Origin: the human T2T-CHM13v2.0 reference genome, Homo sapiens
DNA: 64,000 bases
Assembly (NCBI RefSeq): GCF_009914755.1
Contig: NC_060947.1
Strand: one strand, 5' to 3'
Shown: piece by piece, positions 17,235-31,075 of the stretch
How the letters are laid out: every line of letters begins with the position of its first letter
Position numbering within the stretch: position 1 is the first letter of the stretch
The notes under the pieces: generated by a model
The model's input: the letters and a program-made list of their open reading frames with translations, nothing else
Databases searched by the model: none
What the model was told of the DNA's origin: nothing
Program-made: the position numbers and the translations under genes

Positions 17235-18534
17235 GGAATGGTGTTTTTATTTTCTAAAATTGAGATTTCTAGATTGAATATATATATCAAAAATAATTTC
17301 CAGAAAATCTTTATTAATTCATATTTTCACTAGATATGTATGAGAACATCTTTTCCACTATACATAAACTATATATATCTGTTATCACTGCTTTTTCATA
17401 ATATTAAATTTTTAAGTGGTCTAATATGTCTACTTTATTTTCTTTTAAAACTCCTGAGTTTCCAGTTTAGGTTAAGAAGCTGATTATGTTCTCTGGTGCA
17501 CAATTTTATATGTAGACGCCTATATAGTCTTACATAAATTTTATTTGTTCACATTCAAGCCTTTAATCCATTTGAAGCTTGTTAATGTTTTTGTTTGCTT
17601 TACGTGAGGGGATTACATTTATTTTCTTTTATATGGATAGCTAGTTATGCCAGTAAAATTTATAGATAATCCATCCCTTCTTAAAGGATTAAAATATCAA
17701 CCTTGCCATGTTAAATGGCCATATATACTGGAATCTATTTCAGTTTTCTCCATTGTGTTCTAATGATCTACTTGCATATTGATTTGATTAAAGTTAATTT
17801 ATAGTATTCTCTATTGATGAAGCAAGTTTCAACCCATGTATTTTTCATAAGTTTTTGGCTATATTTGTCATTTAATCTTCAATTAATTTTAAGATCATTT
17901 TACCCAATTATGAAGGAGCAACATTGTTGGGATTCTAATTGGAATTGCATTGATTTCAGAGATTATCTTTTGTTTTACTGATAGTTCTATAATATTTACT
18001 CAGGACTTGTTTCAAATTCTTCTGTAAATGCTTATCATTTTCTTCATATAAGTTCTTTCACTTTTTATTTCAATTTTTATTTTTCGTTATTGTGAATGAA
18101 AAAAATTTTTCCCACTGTTTTTTCTAGGTTCTTATTTTAAGGATAAAGAACAGCACTTAATATTTGCATATTTATGTATTATTCTGGCAACTCATTAAAT
18201 TCTACTTCTTTCTGTAGAGTACATTTAGGTTTTCCAGTAAACGATCCTATACTCATTTTTTTCTTCTTTTTAATGTTTATGCCAATTATTAGTTGTCTCA
18301 CCTTATTGCAGTTGCTAGAGTATCCAAGACAATAGTCAAAATAAACAAGAAACACTTGATGCCTTAGTTATTGATTTTAATTATATTGGTTTTAGGGTAT
18401 GATTGTTTGAGATAATATTTGTTTGGGGTTTTTATAGTATTTATTATATTTAAGTAGTTTTATTCCTTGCCATCTTATTTAGATACTTTACTAGAGATGG
18501 CTGCTGAACTTTATTGAATAACTCTTTAGCATTT
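17235..18534 (-). mobile_element. Ancient L1M/L1ME ORF2 3' region (host, second segment)
   Basis: Degenerate antisense ORF2 motifs (cctttaatccatttgaag, ttgggattctaattggaattgcattga, ttattgcagttgctagag). Confidence 0.7.
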
Positions 18535-20673
18535 AAAAAAATTTTTAATTTTATTTTTTTTGGGTACATAGACGTGTGTATATTTATGGGATACATAAGA
18601 TGTTTTGACACAGGCATGCAATCTGCAACAATCCCATCATGGAAAATGGGGTATCCCACCACCACAAGCATTTATCCCCGTGTTACAAAACATAAAATTA
18701 TAATATTTTAGTTGTTTTAAAATGTATGATTAAATTATTGACTATAGTAACCCTGTTGTGCTATCAAATACTAGGTCTTATTTATTTTTTCTAACTATTT
18801 TGTTTTTGTACCCATTAACCATCCCCACCTCCCCACCACTCCCTATGCACTACCCTTTCCAGCCACTGGTAACCATCCTTCTACTCTCTGTGTCCATGAG
18901 TTCAATTGTTTTGATTTTTAGGTTTCTTGAATCAGTGAGAATGTTTGTTTTTCTGTGGCTGGCTTATTTGACTTAACATAATGACTTCCAGTCCCATCCA
19001 TGTTGTTGCAAATGGCAGGATTTCATTCTTCTTTATGACTGAAGAGTACTTCACTGTGTATAAGAAATGCATTTTCTTTATCCATTCATTTGCTGATGGA
19101 CACTTAGGTTGCTTCCAAATCCTGGTTATTGTGAACAGTGCTTCAATAAACATGGAAGTGCAGAATCTCTTCCACACAGATTTCCCTTCTTTGGGTATAT
19201 ACCCAGCAGTGGGATTACTGGATTATATGGTAGCTCAATTTTTAGTTTTCTGAGGAACCTCCAAATTGTTCTCTATAGTGGTTGTACTAGCTTACATTTC
19301 CACCAACAGTGTATGAGGATTCCCTTTTCCTCACATCCTTGCCAGCATTTGTTATTGCCTGTCTTTTTGATGTAAGCCATTTTAACTATGGTGAGATGAT
19401 ATCTCGCTGTAGTTTTGACTGGCATTTCTCTGATGATCAATGATGCTAGCACCTTTTGATATGCCTGTTTGCCATTTTGTGTTTTTGTTTTGAGAAATGT
19501 CTGTTCAAATCTTTTGCCCATTTTAAAATCAGATTGTTAGATTTTTTCCTATGGAGTTGTTTGAGCTTCTTATATATTCTGATTATGAATCCCTTGTCAG
19601 ATGAATAGCTTGAAAATACTTTCTGCCATTCTGTGGCTTGTCTCTTCACTTTATTGATTGTATCCTTTGCTGTGTGGAAGCTGTTTAACTTGATATGATC
19701 ACATTTGTCCCTTTTTGATTTGGTTGGCTGTGCTTGTAGGGTATAACTCAAGAAATTTTTTGCCCAGACCAATATCCTATAGAGTTTCCCGAATGTTTTC
19801 TTGTAGTAATTTTATAGTTTGAAGTCTTAGATTTAAGTCTTCAATCCATTTCAATTTCATTTTTGTAGATGTTTAGAGATAAGGGGTCTAGTTTCATTCT
19901 TCTGGATATGGATATCCAGTTTCCCAGCACAATTTATTGAAAACACCGTCTTTTCCCTAGTGTATGTTCTTGGCATCTCTGTTGAAAATGAATTCACTGT
20001 AGGTGTGTAAATTTATTTCTGGATTCTCTCTTGTGTTCCGTTGGTTCATGTGTCTGTTTTTGTGCCAGGACCATGCTATTTTGGTGACTATAGCTCTATA
20101 GTAAAACTTGAAATCAGGTAATGTGAATCCTCCAGTTTTGTTCTTTTTGGTCAGGATAGCTTTGGCTATTCTGGATATTTTGTGGTTTCAATAAATTCTA
20201 GGATAGTTTTTTTCTATTTCTGTGAAGAAAGACATTGTTATTTTGGTAGAAATTGCATTGAATCTGTAGATTGCTTTGGGTAGTATGGACATTTTAACAA
20301 TATAGATTCTTTCAATCCATGAACATAGAATATATTTTCATTTTTTGTGTCTTCTTTAATTTCTTTCATCAATGTTTTATAGTTTTCATTGCAGAAATCT
20401 TTCACTTCTTTGATTAATTCCTAGATATTTTATTTTATGTGTGGCAATTGTAAATGGAATTTTTTTATGTCTTTTTCAGATTGTTCCCTGTTGGCATATA
20501 GAAATGCTACTGATTTTTGTATGTTGATTTTGTATCCTGCAACTTCACGGCATTTGTTTATCAGTTCTAATAGTTTTTTGCTGGAGTCTTTATGTTTTCC
20601 AAATATAAGATCATATCATCTACAAACAAAGATAATTTGATTTCTTCCTTTCCAGTTTGGATGCCCTTTATTC

Positions 20674-20720
20674 CTTGCTCTAGGTAGGACTTGCTCTAGG
20701 TATGCTTGCTCTAGGTAGGA
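20674..20720. repeat. Tandem triplication of a 15-16 bp unit (cttgctctaggtagga)
   Basis: cttgctctaggtagga / cttgctctaggtatg / cttgctctaggtagga read directly. Confidence 0.9.
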
Positions 20721-22733
20721 CTTCCAGTAATATGTTGAATAACAGTGGTAAAAGTGGGCATCCTTGCCAAGTTCCAGATCTTAGAGGAGAGTCTTTTAGT
20801 TTTTTTTTTTTTTTTTTGATTCAGTATGATACTAGCTGTGGATCTGTCATATATGGCTTTTATCATGTTGATGTTTGTTCCTTCTATATCCAGTTTTTTG
20901 AGCGTTTTCATCATGAAAGGATGTGAGTTTTATCAAATGCTTTTGCACCATCAATTGAAATGATCACGTGGTTATTGTTCTTTATTTTGTTGATGCAATG
21001 TATGTATCATATTGATTGATTTGTGAACCATCCTTGCATCCCTGGGATAAATCCCTCTTGGTCATGATGGATGATCTTTTTAATACATTATTAAATTCAG
21101 TTTGCTAGTATGTTATTGAGGTTTTTTGCATCAATATTTATCAGAGATACTGACCTGTAGTTTTCTTTTCTGATGTGTCTTTTTCTGGTTTTGGCATCAG
21201 AGTAATACTGGACTCACAGAAATGAATTTTGAAGTATTCCTTCCTCTTCTATTGTTCAAAATAGTTTGAGTAGGATTGGTCTTAGTTCTCCTTTACATAT
21301 TTGGTAGAATTCAGTGGTGAAGCTATCAGTCCTGGGTTTTTCTTTACTGGGGGACTTTTTATTACGGCTTTGATCTCATGACTTGTTATAGGTCTGTTCA
21401 GGTTTTAAATTTCTTCCTGGTTCAATCTTTGTATATTGTGTGTATATAGGAATTTTTACATTTCTTCTAGATTTTCCAATTTATTGGCATATAGTTGCTC
21501 ATAGTAGCTCCTTTGAATTTCTGCAGTAACGGTTGTATTGTCGCCTTTTTCATCTCTGATTTTATTTATTTTGATCTTCTCTTTTTTGTGGTTAGTCTGG
21601 CTAAAAGCTGGTCAATTTTGTTTATCTTTTCAAAAAAAACACCTAAGTTTTTGTTTCATTGGTTTTTTAATGGTTTTCTTCATTTCAAATGCATTTATTT
21701 ATTATCATGATTATTTCTTTTCTTCTACTAATTTTGAATTTGGTTTGCTCTTGCTTTTCTAGTTCTATAAGTTGCATCATTAGATTATTTAAAAATTTTC
21801 CAATTTTTTGGTGTAGGCATCTATAGCTGTAAACTTCCATTTTTAGAACTGCTTTTGCTGTATCCCATAGGTTTTGGCATGTTGTGTTTCCTTTATCATT
21901 TGTTTTAAAAAATTCTTCACTTTCCACCTTAATTTCTTCATTGACCCACTGGTCATTCAGGAGCATATTGTTTAATTTTCATGTATTTATATAGCTTCAA
22001 AAATTCCTCTTATTATTGGTTTGTAGTTTTATTTCATTGTGGGCAGAGAAGATCCTTGATATTATTTCATTTTTTTTATGTTTTCAGACTTGTTTTGTGA
22101 CCTAACATATGGTCTATCCTTGAGAATGATCCATGTGCTGAGGAAAAGAAAGTGTATTTTGCAACAGTTGGATAAATGTTCTGTAAATATCTACTAGATT
22201 CATTTCGTCTATAGTGGAGATTAAGTCAAATGTTTCTTTATTGATTTTCTGTCTGGAAGTTCTGTCCAATGCTGAAAGTGTGGTGTTGAAGTCTCCTGCT
22301 ATTATTATATTAGGGCCTATCTCTCTCTTAAGGTCTATCCATATTTGTCTTTTATATCCGAGTGCTCTCATGTTGGGTGCATATATAATTTTAATTGTTA
22401 TAACCTCTTGATGAATTGACCCCTTTACCATTATAAAGTGACCTCCTTTGTCTCATCTTATAATTTTTTTCTTAAAATCTATTTGGTCTGATATATGTAT
22501 AAATACTTTTGCTTTTTTTGAATTCCATTGGCATGGAATATGTTTTTTCATCCCTTTATTTTCAGGTTATGTGTGTCTTTATGGGTGACATGTGTTTCTT
22601 GTAGGCAACAGATCATTGGGTCTTGTTTTTTCATTTATTCAGCCACCCTATGTCTTTTGATTAGAGTTTAGTCTATTTGGAGTCAATGTTATAATTGATA
22701 AGGACTTACTCTTGCCATTTTGTTAATTGTTTT

Positions 22734-22736
<3 letters not shown>

Positions 22737-22788
<52 letters not shown>

Positions 22789-22789
22789 T
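22737..22789. repeat. (TG)n microsatellite
   Basis: About 22 perfect TG units, one TA interruption, then a few more TG. Confidence 0.98.
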
Positions 22790-22873
22790 GGTCTACTCAT
22801 TCTTCTTTCTTTCCTTGCTGTCTTCTTTTTAGTGAAGGTGATATTCTTTGGTGGTATACTTTAGTTTCTTGCT

Positions 22874-22926
22874 TTTTATTTTTTGTGTATCCATTGTGTA
22901 TTTTATTTTTTGTGTATCCATTGTGT
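22874..22926. repeat. ~27-bp tandem duplication
   Basis: ttttattttttgtgtatccattgtgt occurs twice in tandem. Confidence 0.9.
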
Positions 22927-22949
22927 GTTTCTTGGTTTGAGGTGTCTAT

Positions 22950-23168
22950 CTTTTTTTAAAAATTAGAAAAAAAATTCTTTATTTCTTCTAAAAAAAACCC
23001 CAAACAAACAAAAAAGGGATACATGTGCAGAATGTGCAGGTTTGTTACATAGCTTTATGTGTGCCATGGTGGTTTGCTGCACCTATTGACCCGTCCTTTA
23101 AGTTCCCTCTCCTCACCCCCAACCCCTAACAGGCCCTGGTGTGTGTCATTCCCTTCTCTGTGTCCATG
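22950..23168 (-). mobile_element. Short L1PA (L1PA8-like) 3' end nested in the L1MA inter-ORF region
   Basis: ttatttcttctaaaaaa...gggatacatgtgcagaatgtgcaggtttgttacatag...ggtttgctgcacctattgacccgtcc. Confidence 0.85.
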
Positions 23169-26100
23169 AAAAACACTATGTTATAACCCATTTTTAAAAG
23201 CTGATAACAACACCATTTGCATAAACAAACAAAGAAGCAGAGAGAAAACTAATACTCTCCACCTTTACTTTGTCCCCCTGCTTTTTAACTTTTTGTGGCT
23301 TCTCCTTATATCTTATTGTACTATGTCTTGAAAATCTGTTGTAATTATTATTTTTGGTTGGTTCATTGTTTCACCTTTCTACTTAAGATAGGAGTAGTTT
23401 ACATACCACAGCTGCAATGTTATAACATCTGTGTTTTTCTGTATACTTACCAGTGAGTTTGGCACCTTCAGATAATCTCTTATTCCTCATTAACATTCTT
23501 TTCTTTTGTTTTGAAGTATGCCCTTCACCATTTCTCAAGGGACAGGTCTGGTGTTGATGAAATATCTCAGCTTTTGTTTGTCTGGGAAAGTCTTTTTTAT
23601 TTGTTCTCCATGTTTGAAGGATATTTTCACGTGATGTGCAAGTCTAGGTTAAAAGTTTTTCTTCTTCACCACTTTAAATATGTCATGCCACTCTCCCCCG
23701 GCCTGTAAGGTTTCCACTGAAAATTCTGTTGCCAGATGTATTGGAGCTCCATTGTATGTTCTTTTCTTCCTCTTTTCTTGCTGCTTTTAGGATCCTTTAT
23801 CTTTGACCTTTGGGAGTTTGATTATTAAATGCCTTGAGGTAGTCTTCTTTGGGTTAAATCTGCTTGGTGTTTTATAACCTTCTTGTACTTGGATATTGCT
23901 ATCTTCCTCTGGGTTTGAGAAGTTTTCTGCTGTGAATTTTCTACCCTTATCTCTTTCTCTTTTGCTTCTTTAAGGCCAATAACTACTAGACTTGCCCTTT
24001 TGTGGCTTTCTAGTTCCTGTAGGTGTGCTTTATTGCTCTGTATTCTTTTTTCTGTTATCTCCTCTGACTTTTTATTTTCAAATAGCCTGTCTTTAAGCTC
24101 ACTACTTCTATCTTCTGCTTGATCATTCTGCTATTAAAAGACTCTGATGTATTCTTCAATATGCCAATTGTATTTTTCAGCTTGAGAATTTCTGCTTGAT
24201 TCTTTTTAATTATTTCAATCTCCTGTTAAATTTATCTGATAGAATTCTGAATTTCTTCTCTGTGTTATCTTGAATTTCTTTGAGTTTTGTTAACACAGCT
24301 ATTTTGAATTCTCTGCACAAAAGGGCATATATCTCTGTTTCTCCAGGGTTGGTCCCTTATGCCTTAATTAGTTTATCTGGTGAGAAAATGTTTTCCTGGA
24401 TCATTTTAATACTTGTAGACATTCATCTGTGTCTGGGCTTGAAGAGTTAGGTATTTATTGTTGTTTTCTCAGTCTCGGCTTGTTTGTTCCCATCCTGCTT
24501 GGGAAGGCTTTCCAGCTATTCTAAAGGACTTGGGTGTTGTGACTGAAGCTGTTATCTCCTTGAGGGGTTATTCCAAGCCCAGTGACAATGTGGTTCTTCC
24601 AGACTCATAGAAGTACTGCTTTAATGGTCTTGAACAAGATCTGAGAGAATTCTCTGGATTACCAGTTAGAGACTCTTGTTCTCTTCCCTTACTTTCTACC
24701 AAACAAATGAAGTCTCTCTCTCTTTTCTGATCCACCTGCAGCTGGCGGTTGAGTGACACAAGCACCACTGTGGCCGCCACCTCTAGGACTGTGCTGAGTC
24801 AGACCTGATGCCAGCACACCACTGGGTCTCACCCAACGCCATCTGTAACTACTCCCTGGCTACCACTTATGTTTGCTCAAGGCTCTGGTGCTCTATAATC
24901 AGCAGGTGGCAAAGCCCAGGCCTGTGTCCTTCTCTTCAGGGCAGTGAGATTCCTCAGGCTCTGGGTGGGTCCAGAGATGCCATCTGGGAGCCAGGGGAGA
25001 GTCAAAAACCTTAGATGACTACCTGGTGTTCTATTGGACTGCAGCTGACCTGGTACTCTAGCCACAAAATGCAGTCTTTCTCACTCTTCCCTCCCCTTTC
25101 CAAAGGCAGAGGAGCCTCACTCCATGGCCGCCACCACTACAGTCCCAAGGGGAGTGCTGTCAGACTATCACCAATGTTCCCTTAAGGCCCAAGGGCTCTT
25201 AAGTCAGCTTGTGGTGAATGCTACCTGGCCTGGAACTCACCCTTCAGGGACTTGGGCTCCCCTTTGGCCCAGGGTATGTCCAGAAATGCCATTCCAGAAC
25301 CATGTCCTGGAATCAGGGACCCCAAGAATCCACTAGGTATTCCTCCCTGCTGTGACTGAACTGATATCTGAAGTCAGCATGTCTCAGAGTCTCATTTGAG
25401 GCCCTCAATGTAGCACCTGGGTATTGCTGCTGGTTATTCAGGGCCCAAGGGCTCTTCAGTTAACAGGTGATGAAGCCTGCCAAGACTAGATCTTTCCCTT
25501 CAAGGCAGCACATTACCTTCTGTCCCAGGGTGTGTGCAGAAATGTCACCTATAAGCTAGGAACTGGGAAGAAAGCCTCGTGACTCTGACCAGTGCCCGAT
25601 CCTACTGTGGCTGAGCTGGTATCCAAGATGCAAGACAAAATCCTCCCCACTCTTCCCTCTGCTCTCTTCAAGCAAAAAAAAGTGGTCCCTTTTGGAGCCA
25701 TGAGCTATGCACCCTGGCGTTAGGGGAGGGGGGATGCCAGCAGTCTCTTGGCTGCCCTTGCTAATGTCTCAGAAGGTCATAGACCCTCCCAGTCCACTGT
25801 CTCTGGGCCCAGTTCATCACTAGGATTCGCCTAGGAGTTGCTGTCCTTGTGGCCTAGACTGCCTTTCAAGTTTATTTGAGACTCCAAAGCACATTAGCCT
25901 GTGATGGGATCTCAAATTCCAACCACTGAGATTGGCGATTCCCTTCTGGCTAAGGTTGGTTTAAATGCTCCCTCCATGAGCTGGTATCAGCTGAGTTTGG
26001 TCTGGTTTTTGTTTCTGCTATAACAGGCCAGTGCTGAGTTCAGTGCCTTACAATTGCTGAGTTCTTCTGCTCTGAACGCACAAAAATGCTCTCTGCACCA

Positions 26101-26343
26101 TGTTGCCACTGCTGGAGGATGGGAGAGGGGTGGCATTGGTGATTCAAGACTATTTTTCCTGCCACTTCACTGCCTCTTTCAGCCAAATGTGCTTAAAACC
26201 AGGTACCGTGAATGCTCACCTGATTTTTGGTTCCTTTGAAGGTGTTTTTTGGGTGCAAATAGTTGTTAAACTCGTGTGTTTGCAGGGGGAATGATCAGTG
26301 GAGTCTTCTATTCTGCCATCTTACTCTGCCTATTTTAGTATTT

Positions 26344-28270
26344 GTTGTACGAGTTTTTCAATTCTTTTTGGGTCATTATTAAAACTTGTATTTTGTTAGA
26401 AGATCATCAATTTTTTCTCTAGGTTTTCAAATTTGTTGTGCTGGAATTGTGTATTAAATTCTCTTTAGAAAAGAATTGTAATATGTTAAACTTTTATGTA
26501 TCTGTAATGATGTTTCACTTATGACTCTAATTTGTATTTTTACTCTCTTTTCTTTATCTCATGAGACCATTAACTATTTTATTGATTTTTAAAAAAGGTT
26601 TATCTTTGTGTATTATATATAATATAGTTTTTGCTTTCCAATTCACTACTTCAGCTTTATCTTTATTAAACATTCCTACCTTTTAGGCTTATCATATCAT
26701 TCTTTTCCAAATATTTTAAATGAGAAATAATCATATATTTTCATAATTCTTTTTTAATATCTATGACATTTAAGCCTGTATATTTTCTTCTAAGTAAAGA
26801 GGCTTCTGCATCCCATATGTTCTAATTAAAGAAGTGCTTTCTTTTTAGTTCATTGGAGATAGGTTTTAATTTCAATTTTGATTGCCTCTATGATGTAAGT
26901 GTCATTTAAGGTTGTATTTTCTAGTTTCCATGTAGTGAAGATGTTTTTTGGTTTTTTGGGGCTTTTTTTTTGGTCAACTTTTTATAATTTCTTTCTAGTT
27001 TGTTGGATTATGACAGAAAATGTAGCTTGAATGTAGAACCTTTTGAATGTGTTAAGTTTTGATTTTTGGATGAATACATGATTTTTAAAAATGTTCAATG
27101 GGCAAGTGAAAAAAGTGTCTATTTGGGGAAGACAAGGTTCTGTGAATGTTTCACACAGTTAAATTCAACATAATTTAGTAGTTTACCTTTATCCATGGTG
27201 GTGAATACATTCCAAAAACCCCAGAAAGCACAGGTACCTATATACAGTGTGTACCCAAACCTGTATATACTATGATTTTTCCTATACATATGTACATATG
27301 ATAAACTTGCATGTTTTCACTTAAAGAAACACTTTATGGCTTTTCTTTGGCATATCAAAATTGCTGGCATCACTACGCTTGCACTTTGGGACCACTATTA
27401 AGTAAAGTAATAGTTACTTGAACACAAGCACTGCAAAAGTCCATCTGATAATCCAGACGTCTACTAAGTGACTATCAGGAGGGTAGTGTATACGGTTTGG
27501 ATATGCTGGACAAAGGGACAATTCACATTCCAGGCTGGATGGAGTAGGACAATACAGGATTCTATCATGCTACTCAGAATTGCATGTAATTTAAAACTTA
27601 TGAATTGTTTGTTTCTGGAATTTTCCACTTAATATTTTCAGACCATGGTTGACTGTGGGTTACTGAAGGCAAAATCATGGATAAGAGGGAACTACTGTAT
27701 TATATTCTATTGTTAACATATATTTGCCTGATTCAATATGTCCACCTCTGAAAGAGATATATTGATCTCTCTTACCATAATCAAACTTTTAATCAATTTC
27801 TTCTTTAATCAATCATATCTTCAATCAATTTATAGCAAACTTTTGCATAATAAATTTGTCTTTTCTGATGTAAAGAACTATATGACTAATATCTTTTCTG
27901 TAAATTCCATTTTTTATTTTAATAAATCATGCCCTTTACTATGCTTAATGCTTTTATATTTAAAGGCTACTTTCTATTGTTTTAATAATGTTACTGTTAC
28001 TTATTGTGGCATTGTCCTGATAGCCTCTTTCCCAGTTTTAAAATTTTCATTATTTCATTATTACTTTAAGAATGTTTTCTGTAGAAGGCACGCTCGTCAG
28101 ATTTTTTTGAAAAAAATTACAGTCCATGAGTCTCAGTCTTTTAATGCAAAAAGTCACTTCATTCACACTTAATTCAGTGACTGATATGTTTGATTTCATT
28201 GTAATCATCTTTATTTTTAAAATTTATTTTATGTTATTTTCTCTTTTTTAGTTTCCTCATTTTTCCTGGT
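26344..28270 (-). mobile_element. Ancient L1M/L1ME ORF2 5' region (host, third segment, interrupted by MER44)
   Basis: Antisense ORF2 motifs (tctctaggttttcaaatttgttg, ctgcatcccatatgttc, ctctgaaagagatatattgatctctc). Confidence 0.65.
27176..27697 (-). mobile_element. MER44 (TcMar-Tigger non-autonomous DNA transposon)
   Basis: Terminal inverted repeats tagtagtttacctttatccatgg / catggataagagggaactactg followed by TA; internal ttggcatatc...gcatcactacgcttgcactttgggaccactattaagt matches MER44/Tigger7. Confidence 0.85.
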
Positions 28271-28299
28271 TTGAAAAAGTTAATATAAATTTTGGGATC

Positions 28300-28690
28300 T
28301 TCAACGCTTAGGCTCTGTTTAAAGTCATCAGACAGGATGAGATGACCCAGAAGTGAGGGAGGGTGATAAGAGATCTGAGGACTGAGTCCTCAGGTTCTTC
28401 AATATTTAAAGGTCTTAAAAATTATAGAGAATTAACCAAGAAGACTATAAGCAATAGTCATTGATGTAAGAGGCTTTTCAAAAGAGAGACTATTGCCCAG
28501 GAGACCAAGTAAAGTGTTTCAAGAAGAAGAGAGTGATAATTATGTTAAAATGGTGCTAATAGGTCAAAAAAGATTAGGACTGAAAATTGGATTTAACAAT
28601 ATGGTAACCATTCATGACTTTGACACATTTTGGTGGAGTAGTGGGGGCAAAATCCTAATGATTTAAATTGTTGAAGAGAATGTTAGAGGG
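28300..28690 (-). mobile_element. L2 fragment
   Basis: gatgagatgacc...gaggactgagtcc...gtgtttcaagaagaagagagtgat...aggactgaaaattggatttaacaa. Confidence 0.65.
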
Positions 28691-28699
28691 ACTTTTGAT

Positions 28700-29453
28700 T
28701 ACAGAGCTGTGAAGATTTTGGTGGCAAATTATAAGTATAAAACTGGACAAAATAGTCAAAGGCAAACATCTCAGGGCACTGGAAATTGAGCAAAGGCTAA
28801 CAACAAATTGAGAAATGTTTATTCTTGAAAAACTGCAAGAGCTTTTAGTAAGAACAGTGAAGATATTATGGTATCCTTGCCTGAGGAAGTTCTCATTATC
28901 CTCACTTCCCCACCAATTTCTGTGGTCAGCAAGAATGATATATATTTTACCATTTGGTGACTTCTCATGAAGAACAGAAAATTTGTTGTCAGAAAGCAGG
29001 ACTTAATTGTGAGTGGTAAAAATTCAATGGCTTTTCTGACTAAAAATTGTGTACTAGGTTAGGAAAAGTGAAAGAAACCCAGTTTTGCTAACTGAGGTCA
29101 CTGTCCCAGTTAAGGTGAGCAACAGACAAGTCAGAAATTTAATAGAAAGATATTGGCAATAAGAAAGGGATAGAAGGGCAAATGTAGCTCTCCATATATC
29201 CCTGGTTGAAAGAAAAAGTACACATGATCGGGAAAGTCTCAAGAGGGCCCACCAAAAAATGAAAGTCAAAGGAGACTTGATAATTGACTATAAATTTGAA
29301 TACACTACTGAACCCACAAACAGATTGATTAGCATTGGGTAGGTGTCTTTCAGGCTCAAGATGTTTGAAAAAAACTTCCGCCCACTAAGTTACGCAGGTA
29401 AAGGTGTGACTTTTGGAAGCTATACACTAAATAGAAAGCTATACACACACACA

Positions 29454-29486
<33 letters not shown>

Positions 29487-29620
29487 TCAGAGACATTAAT
29501 GGCTGCAGTCAGGCAGATAGAGTTTATAGTTGAAGTCCCGGCAAGTTACTAAAAGAAAACAAATCATCTGAGAAAAAAATTTAAAAAGAATATAAAGTTG
29601 CCACATTATTTAAATATCCA
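28700..29620 (+). mobile_element. Old L1M 5'-region fragment
   Basis: aaactggacaaaatagtcaaaggcaaacatctcagggcactggaaattgagcaaagg...gtttattcttgaaaaactg resembles L1M4-type 5' ends. Confidence 0.45.
29442..29486. repeat. (CA)n followed by poly-A
   Basis: acacac...acac then about 20 A. Confidence 0.95.
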
Positions 29621-29624
29621 ATTG

Positions 29625-30309
<685 letters not shown>

Positions 30310-30420
30310 TTATTCAAATGCTAATCTCATCCAGAAACACCCTAATAAACACACCTAGAAATAGGTTTTAATCCGGGCACTCCATGATCCAGTCAAGTAA
30401 TCAGATAAAGTAAACCATCA
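30310..30420 (-). mobile_element. MLT2 (ERVL) LTR terminal fragment
   Basis: tcaaatgctaatctcatccagaaacaccc...acacacctagaaata...ccagtcaag...aaccatca. Confidence 0.7.
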
Positions 30421-30800
<380 letters not shown>

Positions 30801-31075
30801 GTTTTGGTTTTCCAAGCTTGGATTTCCTTTCCTATATCACAGCCCACTAAGTGTGCAGGCTTCACTCATCGCTTATTTCATTGCCCTGTGAGAACCATGG
30901 TTTAGGCAGCTGGTGCAAGAAAATGATGATAATCTGGCTACTGCCATTGCTGTGGAAATAAACCTTCCTTATGTCTGACCAGAAACCTCAGATCCTCTGC
31001 CATGAGAAACTATGGCAAATTAACCTGTTAATTTGCAAATAGCATGACATCTCATGCTCTTCACAGTTTTTAACA
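30801..31075 (+). mobile_element. Old ERVL-type LTR 3' portion (MER54/MER73/MER74-like)
   Basis: aataaa followed by tgtctgaccag...gaaactatggcaaattaacctgttaatttgcaaatag...cttcacagtttttaaca. Confidence 0.5.

Larger units (their letters stand above)
18535..26329 (-). mobile_element. Full-length (~7.8 kb) old LINE-1, L1MA1-4-like
   Basis: L1MA-type 3'UTR (caggcatgcaat...ggaaaatggggtatcc...caagcatttatcc), ORF2 fragments ([31 protein letters not shown]), ORF2 start ~22717, ORF1 ~23500-24420, and 5' end ctattctgccatctt (reverse complement AAGATGGCAGAATAG). Degenerate TSD ctctttagcattt (18522-18534) / ctattttagtattt (26330-26343). Confidence 0.9.

Noticed and set aside
15829-17290. Many overlapping 60-164 aa ORFs
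   Set aside because: Expected in a GC-rich L1 5'UTR; only the ORF0-like frame has recognisable homology.
27738-28172. 144-aa plus-strand ORF
   Set aside because: Low-complexity F/L/I/N-rich reading of antisense old L1; no domain-like features.
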